Shown here in pieces: positions 36,895 to 45,626 of a stretch of DNA of 52,535 nt. The DNA lies in IMG/VR virus record IMGVR_UViG_3300047510_002055, positions 1 through 52,535 of that record; one strand, written 5' to 3'. The stretch is from a virus. Lineage: Duplodnaviria; Caudoviricetes. A program made the translations under genes and the position numbers. The stretch's first letter is position 1. Every line of letters starts with the position of its first letter. A model generated the notes under the pieces. It did not search any database. It saw only the letters and a list, made by a program, of their open reading frames with translations, and had not been told where the DNA came from.

Positions 36895-39384
36895 TTAAAC
36901 ACCGAAACGTGACCGTATAGAATTGAAACTTCTTGTTAATTCTTCTTGTGTTAATGTTCTTCTCCATACACGTGCCATTGCGATACGACCTTGCCAACGT
37001 TCACCATCACTCGTTCCATGTCCACCAATTCGTAAGAAATCAAAATCTGTACAATCAGCACATGCTCCGCTAACAGTTTGGAATTGTCCATTTACACAGT
37101 ATAGTATTGAATTGCTTCCATTATATGCCATTGCGACATATACCCATTGGTTAGTAGGTACTGCCATAGTTGATGTATTGCATGGCCAGAATCCTAGGTA
37201 ACGAGTGGTTGGATATACATACAGTGCATCATCTGAAGCTAAGTTTGTTTGGATAATTGCACGATAACCACTTCCTGCGGTATCGTATACCCATGCTTCA
37301 AACGTTGGAGTAGCAACATCACCTGCACTATAATTGGTATCTAAGAAATCATCACTACCGTCAAATGAGAAATACCCACGGTTACCAGAATTATAGGTAA
37401 TACCTACTGGAATTCCTCTAATCTTATTTTTACTTGCGTCACTCCAATCTAAGAATGCAGTTGGTGTAAAAGTACCCGAGGACGTAAAGGTGTGAATGGT
37501 ATATCCACCAGATGAGGTAATAGTACCACCTGTTGCTTTTTGTGACCCATAGTATCTGATGATGACGATTCCAGAACCACCTGCTCCGCCGGTAGAGTAT
37601 GCGTGAGTTCCTCCTCCACCGCCTCCACCAGTATTAGCACCACCTGCGCCACCATTTGAACCTTCCGAGGCACCACCACTTGCTCCAGCGTTCAATCCAG
37701 AACCACCAGACCCAGCACTGTTAGGTGTTGCTCCACCACCACCACCTCCTGCTCCACCACTTGCGCCAGTATTATACCAACCAGACCCTCCACCACCTCC
37801 ACCCCAATAATATGAGGTACCGTTGATGGCAGATAAGAAACCTATACCACCATTTCCAGATTTATAATAGTTACCACCCATACCAGTGCCGCCGGCGCCA
37901 CCACCGCCGCCACCGGTATAATATCCATCACCGTATCCACTAGCGAGGCCACCGCCAAATCCTTGATTTTCTATGCCTTTTGACCCAACACCTGGATTGT
38001 ATGATGAACCTCTACCTCGACCCCACAATGTGGAATCACCACCGCCGCAACCACCATCTTTTCCTTGTGGACCTGCATATGGAGATGTAAAATAATGCCC
38101 ACTACCACCACCGCCTCCACCATATGAGATAAGACCGCCTGGAGTACTATAAAATATATTACCACCGTTTATCGATGAATTGGTTCCGTTTCCTCCAGCA
38201 GAAGGTGGACCTGCATATCCTGTACCACCAACACCACCAGCACCAACCGTAATTGTATATGGTCTGTTTGGGATGAATGGGAGAGACGCTTTATATATTA
38301 CTCCTCCACCCCCACCGCCACCTCCCATATCACACCCACCACCACCACCACCACCGACAATTAATACTTCTGCAGTAGAGCAATCTGTTTGACTGGCGGC
38401 GTCTATAACAAATAGTGCATCATTATTTACATATGTTCCACGGGACGTACCAAATGTGGATGTTCCTGCGGTTCGTAAATGTTTAATAATAACAATCCCC
38501 GACCCACCATTACCACCATTATTATTTCTATTATAATGAGAACCACCACCTCCACCACCACCGGTGTGAGTACCACCACGACCACCTGGAACATTTACTT
38601 GGTCACCACTATATTGTCCACCACCAGGTTGCCCATCTTGAAATCCTGCACCACCAGTAGTGACACTTACCGCGCCACCGCCTCCACCACCAATACCACC
38701 ATTCCCACCGGCGCCACTATATCCAGCACCACCACCGCCACCAGCCCAATAATAAGGACGGCCGAGGATGTTATTTAATACTCCGGCTCCACCGGTTGGT
38801 GGGTTAACACTTCCTGCACCGCCTGCTCCCCCGCCACCACCAGAATAATATTGACCAATACTTCCACCACCAGAGTTACCGTATCCAGTACCACCAGAAG
38901 TTGTATTGGCGGTTACTCCACCGCCACGACCAGTACTACCGTCTGAATATCCAGATGCTCCACCACCAGACCCACCAGAATTCCCGTATCCATTATTAGG
39001 GGTATATCCAAAATATGAACTACCACCATATCCACCACCAACTGCAGTAATTGCACCAAACACGGAATTACCTCCGTTGGTACCGCCAATTTGGAATTGA
39101 TGGAATACACCTTGCCCAGTGGTTCCTCCTGCTGGACCACCAGTTCCTCCTGCGCCTACGGTAACAGTATAATTGGAATTTGCAGTTACACTATAACTTG
39201 AATGATAAACTACACCACCACCGCCGCCACCACCTCCCATATCCATACCACCACCACCGCCACCAGCAACAACAAGAACCTCTACGTTCCCAGAAAAGCC
39301 TGGTGTAAAGGTTCCAGATGTTTTGCATACGTGATATATGTACAAATCATCAAATTGTGTTGATGTGCCCAATGATGTTGGCAT
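36895..39384 (-). CDS. Virion protein with two glycine-rich domains and a C-terminal LamG domain
   Basis: Two units 'EVL(V/I)V.GGGGGG.DMGGGGGGGGV...YT.TVGAGG...GGSGIVII' and C-terminal 'FDGSDDFL...RSFNSIRSRFGV'. Confidence 0.8.
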   Translation of the reverse strand: MPTSLGTSTQFDDLYIYHVCKTSGTFTPGFSGNVEVLVVAGGGGGGMDMGGGGGGGGVVYHSSYSVTANSNYTVTVGAGGTGGPAGGTTGQGVFHQFQIGGTNGGNSVFGAITAVGGGYGGSSYFGYTPNNGYGNSGGSGGGASGYSDGSTGRGGGVTANTTSGGTGYGNSGGGSIGQYYSGGGGGAGGAGSVNPPTGGAGVLNNILGRPYYWAGGGGGAGYSGAGGNGGIGGGGGGAVSVTTGGAGFQDGQPGGGQYSGDQVNVPGGRGGTHTGGGGGGGSHYNRNNNGGNGGSGIVIIKHLRTAGTSTFGTSRGTYVNNDALFVIDAASQTDCSTAEVLIVGGGGGGGCDMGGGGGGGGVIYKASLPFIPNRPYTITVGAGGVGGTGYAGPPSAGGNGTNSSINGGNIFYSTPGGLISYGGGGGGSGHYFTSPYAGPQGKDGGCGGGDSTLWGRGRGSSYNPGVGSKGIENQGFGGGLASGYGDGYYTGGGGGGAGGTGMGGNYYKSGNGGIGFLSAINGTSYYWGGGGGGSGWYNTGASGGAGGGGGGATPNSAGSGGSGLNAGASGGASEGSNGGAGGANTGGGGGGGTHAYSTGGAGGSGIVIIRYYGSQKATGGTITSSGGYTIHTFTSSGTFTPTAFLDWSDASKNKIRGIPVGITYNSGNRGYFSFDGSDDFLDTNYSAGDVATPTFEAWVYDTAGSGYRAIIQTNLASDDALYVYPTTRYLGFWPCNTSTMAVPTNQWVYVAMAYNGSNSILYCVNGQFQTVSGACADCTDFDFLRIGGHGTSDGERWQGRIAMARVWRRTLTQEELTRSFNSIRSRFGV

Positions 39385-39390
39385 CGTTAA

Positions 39391-39759
39391 TTATGGGCGA
39401 GGTGGGAGTACGCTTGGTGCTTCTACCCAATTATTAATCTTATCGTCCCATCCATAAGTTTTCCCATCAGTTGGTTGTGGGATTGGTGCAACCCAATGAC
39501 AAGTAAATTCATCTAATATCCACGCAGGATGTGTTTTTGGTGGAACAAAGGCATCACGTTCTGCATCATAACTGTATCCAATACCTGCATAATTTTTACG
39601 TAATGGGGTACCACCTTCTGCGTGAACGCCTGCATGTGTATTATATGATGTTTGAATCCACGTTGATGGGTCACCTGCAACACCAGAATCAATAAAATCT
39701 TGTTCTGCGACGATGACTTGGGTGACGATTCCATTTTCTATTTTTGCATAATGTGCCAT
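39391..39759 (-). CDS. Conserved phage protein accompanying glycine-rich fibre proteins (possible assembly factor)
   Basis: 'MAHYAKIENGIVTQVIV...WIQTSYN...RKNYAGIGYSYD..RDAF.PP'. Confidence 0.7.
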   Translation of the reverse strand: MAHYAKIENGIVTQVIVAEQDFIDSGVAGDPSTWIQTSYNTHAGVHAEGGTPLRKNYAGIGYSYDAERDAFVPPKTHPAWILDEFTCHWVAPIPQPTDGKTYGWDDKINNWVEAPSVLPPRP

Positions 39760-40427
39760 TATCTATTAAACCTCCCTCTAGTTGTTGCATATTCTCGTGA
39801 AATTACTGTAGCTGACAGTGCTTGTGTATACAATTTTAGTGTACCAATTCTTCCATCGAATGACGCTGCCCACGAACCACCAACTCTGTCCACAGGATTA
39901 TTGTTTCCAGACGATGAATTTGCTACGTTACTATCTAATGCCCCATCCACATACATAGCCATTGTGGAATTACTATTATTAACCCACGTAAGCATGTGCC
40001 AATTACCATCGTTTACGGTTGTTCCTACTCCAAGTTTTTGTGACCATCCACCTTGATATGTCCAGTATACAATTTTTCCAGCATTAATTCCTAACATAGA
40101 ATATACCGGACCACCACTAGCATTAGAAATAACTGAACCATAACCTAGACTGTTGACCGATGTGGTAGTTTTGACCCAAGAAGAAATTGTCCATGGAACA
40201 TTACCATTTCCTAATGTGATATTAGAAATCGCACAGAAATCATTACTTCCGTCGAATGATATACCACCTTCACTAAATGTGGGACCGTTGGTTAATGTAC
40301 CATTATTTCCACTTCTACTTAAGTCAAACCAAGTAGTTCCACTGCCAGGATAACTGTCTGTAGTTCCAGCATCTAAATTAAGTGTAATACTGTCTCGTAT
40401 TGCGTTGGAAGTATAAAATACTGCCAT
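39759..40427 (-). CDS. LamG/concanavalin A-like lectin-domain virion protein
   Basis: 'LDAGTTDSYPGSGTTWFDLS', 'FDGSNDF', 'NDGNWHML' and 'MYVDG'. Confidence 0.8.
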   Translation of the reverse strand: MAVFYTSNAIRDSITLNLDAGTTDSYPGSGTTWFDLSRSGNNGTLTNGPTFSEGGISFDGSNDFCAISNITLGNGNVPWTISSWVKTTTSVNSLGYGSVISNASGGPVYSMLGINAGKIVYWTYQGGWSQKLGVGTTVNDGNWHMLTWVNNSNSTMAMYVDGALDSNVANSSSGNNNPVDRVGGSWAASFDGRIGTLKLYTQALSATVISREYATTRGRFNR

Positions 40428-40642
40428 TAGATGAACCTCTCGACTTCTACAATATTAAATTTAGGAATCATCTTCATTTGAGTTTCCCAATCATTGAAAT
40501 ATTCAACATTAATTTGTTCTGGAAATAGTATTATGTTTCTTTGTTCAAAAAGAATATTACCATCCATATCGGTGATTACTTTATCCCAAAAATTATCATG
40601 TCGGATAAATTGTAATTTCATTGGTTTTAATTGTATGTTCAT
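40427..40642 (-). CDS. Hypothetical protein (71 aa)
   Basis: Translationally coupled on both sides (ATGA and TAATG overlaps). Confidence 0.65.
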   Translation of the reverse strand: MNIQLKPMKLQFIRHDNFWDKVITDMDGNILFEQRNIILFPEQINVEYFNDWETQMKMIPKFNIVEVERFI

Positions 40643-41352
40643 TTGATATACACCGCCCCGTATTGATGATTGTCTCCGCCTGAACTATCCCAGTATGGTC
40701 TGTCCGAATATCCACCACCTGCGAAATAGTTACCAGACCAACATGCTCCATACCACCACGGATTATTATTATATAACGTAGAGCAATTTGCTCCGTATAC
40801 GTCTTGGTCGTTATCGTATGTAGTTAGTGAGTATCCGCCAACAGCGTGAAAACTATACATTCCAGGTGCACCTGTACTCGTTTCATCACTTACTGCTGTT
40901 GCTCCACTGAAGGCGTATGTACTAGTAAAATTATCAAATCTCCACCGATATCGTTTCGTGTGTGAACCCGTGCTATTTAGTGCAGTTCCATTTGATGTAG
41001 ACACGAATTGTACTACTGTAACTTTATTTGCCGTTGCTCTCCCTGCCAATCCAGACCACATACTGGTTCCGACCCAGACATTATAATCAGATAATGCACC
41101 AAAGGTTCTATTTGGAGATATAAACCCACTGTTGGTTCTATAGTTTGAGCCGAAGACTGCATTGTTATATGTGAGATTATTCATCCCACCAGTTCCACTA
41201 CGATTGGCAAGGACCAGTACCCATCCACCGCCATCATAGTCTTGGTTCACGTATACGAATGCTTTTCGTCCACTCACAAATACGTTATACCATCCAGACG
41301 GACCCGTTATCTGTGATATACTTGTATAACCTTTACCGTAATATGTTCCCAT
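40639..41352 (-). CDS. Fibrinogen C-terminal-like (FReD) domain protein
   Basis: 'YDGGGWVLV' and 'LTTYDNDQD...NCSTLYNNNPWWYGACWSGN' match the fibrinogen/ficolin Ca-binding P-domain pattern. Confidence 0.75.
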   Translation of the reverse strand: MGTYYGKGYTSISQITGPSGWYNVFVSGRKAFVYVNQDYDGGGWVLVLANRSGTGGMNNLTYNNAVFGSNYRTNSGFISPNRTFGALSDYNVWVGTSMWSGLAGRATANKVTVVQFVSTSNGTALNSTGSHTKRYRWRFDNFTSTYAFSGATAVSDETSTGAPGMYSFHAVGGYSLTTYDNDQDVYGANCSTLYNNNPWWYGACWSGNYFAGGGYSDRPYWDSSGGDNHQYGAVYIK

Positions 41353-41357
41353 AACCG

Positions 41358-44300
41358 TTATTCCTCGTTCTTATTCAAAATAATATTTTCAAGTCGTTCA
41401 ATCTTCTTTTGTTGTTCTTTCATTGCTTCTATAAGTACTGGAACCAATTTAACATAATCTAGTGTCAAATAGTTTGCCCCAGTCTTGGAGAATTGGTTAC
41501 CGTCATCATCATGCTCAACGTCAAATGCTGCCAACTTGACAAGTTCTGGTAGTACCTTTTGTACTTCTTGTGCACTCAAACCAATTTGTACACCAGTATC
41601 TTTATATCCATTTTGTACTGCTAATTCGTTTGCAGTATACTTAAATCCACTTAATGATAATATTGCATCCAATGCGTTTTCAATGCGACCCATACGATTC
41701 TTTAGTCGTTCATCGGAATAGTATGCGGTAATTTCACCAGTACAATATAATGTTCCCGTGACGATTACTTCATCAGAGGATGTGACTTCGAGGATTGGCA
41801 TACCCGAACTGTCGTTAACTGCCATCAACGTACCAGTTGACGAATCAACAACAGAGAACAATTGTCCTGTACTTCCTGCTACGTCAAATCTTGTTGTTGA
41901 TGTTGGGTCGGTGGTATCACTTTCTCCGTACCCTACACGGATAAGATTTGCGACAGTAAGGAATCCGTTTGTGGTAAGTGCCATCGCACCTTGACCAGTG
42001 GTATGTGTCGTATCACCCCACCAGAAACCTCTATCATTTTCATCATTAAATTGGAACGTCATGCCCCAATCGTTTAATCCACCAAAGGTAATACCAGATT
42101 GCATACCAATTGCATAGTCACTACTACTATATACTCTGTATTTATCTCTTGTAGATGTGTTATTGTGTATTACTGTGCCACCTACTGTGTAATTAGTTGT
42201 TGCTCTGACATCACCAGTAACGTCTAATTTATATCCAGGACTTGCAGTTCCGACACCTAAACTACCCCCGTTATCCATAACAACGTTACCGCCGGCTGTA
42301 AATCTAATTTGGTAAGAGTTATTGGAACCAATATATAATTCATCTCCTGATGCTGCTTGTACTTTACAAGCATCGGTACCTGCGTCTCCAATCAATAATG
42401 AACTATTAGCATCTCTAAGAGTTAAATTACCGATTACATCCAGCATCGACCCATTAAATGTAAGATTTGCACTACTCGTTAACGTAGTTGCTCCAGAGAA
42501 TAAGGCAACTCGGTCTGCAGCACCACCACTGATAGTACCTGCGCCAGACGTACCTGAGGTGCCGCTTACTCCAGAAGTTCCATTTCCACCATTAGCACCA
42601 GATGTTCCAGATGTTCCACTAGTACCATTTCCACCATTAGCACCAGATGTTCCAGATGTTCCACTAGTACCATTTCCACCATTAGCACCGGAGGTACCTG
42701 AAGTGCCACTTACTCCAGAAGTTCCATTTGCTCCATTAGCACCCGATGTACCGGAGGTGCCATTTGCACCTGAAGTCCCCGAAGTTCCGTTTGCTCCAGA
42801 GGTACCAGAACTGCCAGATGAGCCACTCGAACCGGAACTTCCACTACTACCAGACGAACCAGCTGTACCTGACGTTCCAGATGCTCCAGAACTACCACTA
42901 CTACCTGCGGTACCGGATGTTCCACTGGTACCCGCAGGAGTTAGTGCGAAATTTGCGGTTTCTGCATAACTAGCTGTACCAAAGAATCCTGCGGAAGCAG
43001 TCATTTGTGCTGAGGTGATACTTCCGGTGACAGCAAGATTTCCTGTCATGCCTACGGTGGTACCATTATCAGTAATTTGTGAATCGGTGACGTGTTCTAG
43101 TCCATTAGACTTTAATACACGATTTTGTGTAAGTAAGGTTTCATTACCAACATCATTAAAGGTTTGCGGACCCATTAATAATATGGATGATGTAGTACCT
43201 GCCCCCGCTACTTGTTGATGAATGAATATCCATTGGTCATTAATGGAATCAAATAATAACGAACCACTAACTTTTGGTGATGATCCTGAATCAATAACAG
43301 CTAATCCTCCAAAACGGAATTCAGGATTGAGTGCATTAACTGTGATTAAATTGGTACCGATATTTAATTGACTTTGGGTAAGATATCCAACCGATGATGA
43401 CCCAAGCACAGTTAAGTTTTCACTAATGAATAGTGAACCAGTGATTACTTGACTACCTTGAAATGTATTTGAACCGGTAGTTGCGTATGAACCAGTCTTA
43501 CTATTCAATGCAGTTAATACGTTGTTTTGTGAACTATTTTCACTAGCGATGGATGAACTAAATGTGGTATATCCAGTAGTTGCTGTAATATCAACTTGAC
43601 CGCTACTAGAGACTGTACCGTTTGGTAAGAATGCGGTGACTTGTGTAGAAGAAGAAACTGTATTAGTTGGTAGATTGAGTGTTATGTTATTATCTGTTAC
43701 TGTTGTCGTGATACCATTACTACCTACGATATTCAGTGCTTCTGTTTTTAAATTAAGTGTATCACTACCAGTGGAACCGCTAAATGTTAAAGTTGATGCA
43801 ATTCCGGTTAATCCAGAACCATCCCCAATAAATGATCCAGTAAATGAACCAGTATTAATTTGTGCAGAACTACTTACCGTTCCTGCTGGAAGGAAACTAA
43901 TAACTTGAGCAGATGAAGATACGGTATCTGTTGGTAAATATTCTTTGATTTGTGCACTACTACTTGCAATACCAGACGGAATATTACTTAATCCTGTGTA
44001 TGAAACTTGACCACTACTTGATACGGTTCCACTTGGTAAAAATGCAGTTACTTGTGCTGATGATGAAACTGTATCGGTTGGTAAATATTCCTTAACTTGT
44101 GCACTACTACTTGCAATACCACTTGGAATACTCTGTAGTTGAGTGTAATCAACCTGTGCAGAACTAGTGACCCATCCAGGATATTGTGTGGAACTAGATA
44201 CCGTTCCTAATGGTAAAAAGTTAATTACTTGAGCTGATGAGGATACGGTGTCAGTTGGAAGATATGCGGTAACTTGTGCACTACTACTTGCAATTCCACT

Positions 44301-44507
44301 TGGAAGTTGTGTAGAAGAAGAAACAACGCCAGCAGGTAATGAATCGGTAACTTGAGTTGAACTAGATATTAGTGTGGGAAGTCCTGCAATATTTGTAAAA
44401 GCAACGCTGGTTATTTCGCTGCCATCTCCTTTAAATGAAGACGCAGAAACTAATCCCGTACTAGTAATATTATTAAAACTACCTGAATTTGCTGAAAATA
44501 TTGTCAT
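41358..44507 (-). CDS. Tail fibre protein with C-terminal intramolecular chaperone (peptidase S74) domain; paralog of 33836-36841
   Basis: Same layout: SSSAQV repeats, Gly-X-Y tract and 'GEITAYYSDERLK...GLSAQEVQKVLPE...LDYVKLVPVLIEAMKEQQ'. Confidence 0.85.
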   Translation of the reverse strand: MTIFSANSGSFNNITSTGLVSASSFKGDGSEITSVAFTNIAGLPTLISSSTQVTDSLPAGVVSSSTQLPSGIASSSAQVTAYLPTDTVSSSAQVINFLPLGTVSSSTQYPGWVTSSAQVDYTQLQSIPSGIASSSAQVKEYLPTDTVSSSAQVTAFLPSGTVSSSGQVSYTGLSNIPSGIASSSAQIKEYLPTDTVSSSAQVISFLPAGTVSSSAQINTGSFTGSFIGDGSGLTGIASTLTFSGSTGSDTLNLKTEALNIVGSNGITTTVTDNNITLNLPTNTVSSSTQVTAFLPNGTVSSSGQVDITATTGYTTFSSSIASENSSQNNVLTALNSKTGSYATTGSNTFQGSQVITGSLFISENLTVLGSSSVGYLTQSQLNIGTNLITVNALNPEFRFGGLAVIDSGSSPKVSGSLLFDSINDQWIFIHQQVAGAGTTSSILLMGPQTFNDVGNETLLTQNRVLKSNGLEHVTDSQITDNGTTVGMTGNLAVTGSITSAQMTASAGFFGTASYAETANFALTPAGTSGTSGTAGSSGSSGASGTSGTAGSSGSSGSSGSSGSSGSSGTSGANGTSGTSGANGTSGTSGANGANGTSGVSGTSGTSGANGGNGTSGTSGTSGANGGNGTSGTSGTSGANGGNGTSGVSGTSGTSGAGTISGGAADRVALFSGATTLTSSANLTFNGSMLDVIGNLTLRDANSSLLIGDAGTDACKVQAASGDELYIGSNNSYQIRFTAGGNVVMDNGGSLGVGTASPGYKLDVTGDVRATTNYTVGGTVIHNNTSTRDKYRVYSSSDYAIGMQSGITFGGLNDWGMTFQFNDENDRGFWWGDTTHTTGQGAMALTTNGFLTVANLIRVGYGESDTTDPTSTTRFDVAGSTGQLFSVVDSSTGTLMAVNDSSGMPILEVTSSDEVIVTGTLYCTGEITAYYSDERLKNRMGRIENALDAILSLSGFKYTANELAVQNGYKDTGVQIGLSAQEVQKVLPELVKLAAFDVEHDDDGNQFSKTGANYLTLDYVKLVPVLIEAMKEQQKKIERLENIILNKNEE
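42537..42932 (-). repeat. Collagen-like Gly-X-Y tract (about 44 triplets), including an exact 45-bp tandem repeat at 42580-42689
   Basis: Unit ccatttccaccattagcaccagatgttccagatgttccactagta at 42580 and 42625, with a partial third copy at 42670. Confidence 0.9.
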
Positions 44508-44510
44508 ACG

Positions 44511-45563
44511 TTAATTTTCCCCATACGCTGTGCAGGTCCAGTATGTGGTTCCTGTTATTGCTACACTACTAACACTATTAATTTCAAACCCACTTGTTGT
44601 TTTATTTTGAATTATCCATGCACGCGAATCTTCACCAGTTACAGCGATAGCATAATTGGTATTACCAAATGCAGTACTGAATATTACTGATGCGGTCAGT
44701 GGTGACCCACCAAACGAAGTATTTGTAACAGACCCTGCTTTTGTTTTTAGTACATTGCTTGCAAAACTTGCTGTAGTTGCATAACTAGAACTGATTGCAT
44801 TATTTGCCCAACTACTGGTTCCAAATAATGATCCTGTAATTCCTTGTGTTACATTTAATGAACCAGTTATAGTTTGATTACCATTAAATATATTTGAACC
44901 AGTAGTTGCAAATGTGGTGGAATCTTTACCATCAAACAAATCTGCATTAGATGCGTACGATGATGATACTGCGACACTTGATGTACCTGTTACAATACCT
45001 GATATATTACCAACAAATGACCCACTGAATGAACCACTTAATACATTAATCGACCCAGAAGTAACTGCTACTAATGCTCTAACGGTAATATTAGAACCAG
45101 ATGGTGGAATTTCTGTAAATGTTATTAAATTAGACGATACTGTATAATCTAATGTTGGAGTGTATATTACACCACCAACTGATATAATTAAATCATCTAC
45201 CGAGTAAATAGATTCTGATACGGTATACGAAATAGTTGTACCATCTGCTTCAAACGTGTATCCATCTACTCGTAATGCAGCTTGACCAGTACTGGAAGGT
45301 AAATTTGTAATTTGACTACCATCACCCTTAAAAAACGATGCAGTCACCGCCTGGGTTACATTAAGTGACCCGGTGATGACTGCATTACCTGTGAAGGGGA
45401 ATCCTGCTCCTGAATCTACGTATGAAGCGGTTAATGCATATGAGGAACTAACTGCTTGACTAGCTGTTCCTAAAAAATTTGATGCGGTGACCGCACCATC
45501 CATTACCCATATACTACCAGTAGGGACAATCAGTCCCTTTCTGGCTATAAATTCATTTGCCAT
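44511..45563 (-). CDS. Tail fibre-like virion protein
   Basis: MANEFIARKGLIV N-terminus shared with the upstream gene, 'TGS/SSSYA' fibre repeats, an Ig-like insert, and a C-terminal H-lectin/gp53-like 'IFSTAF..TNYAIAVT...TTSGF...YW.C..YG' domain. Confidence 0.7.
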   Translation of the reverse strand: MANEFIARKGLIVPTGSIWVMDGAVTASNFLGTASQAVSSSYALTASYVDSGAGFPFTGNAVITGSLNVTQAVTASFFKGDGSQITNLPSSTGQAALRVDGYTFEADGTTISYTVSESIYSVDDLIISVGGVIYTPTLDYTVSSNLITFTEIPPSGSNITVRALVAVTSGSINVLSGSFSGSFVGNISGIVTGTSSVAVSSSYASNADLFDGKDSTTFATTGSNIFNGNQTITGSLNVTQGITGSLFGTSSWANNAISSSYATTASFASNVLKTKAGSVTNTSFGGSPLTASVIFSTAFGNTNYAIAVTGEDSRAWIIQNKTTSGFEINSVSSVAITGTTYWTCTAYGEN

Positions 45564-45626
45564 AATTCCCCTTCTTCAATATCCAAAGGTAAGTTTCTAT
45601 TGTATTACAACCTTTTATTTGTTATC

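Noticed and set aside
42580-42689. 45-bp tandem repeat and other fibre repeats as a possible CRISPR array
   Set aside because: There are no unique spacers, unit lengths are multiples of 3 within a coding Gly-X-Y tract, and no cas genes are present.
30407-44507. Diversity-generating retroelement acting on lectin or fibre tips
   Set aside because: I found no reverse transcriptase and no near-identical TR/VR pair differing only at adenines in the window.
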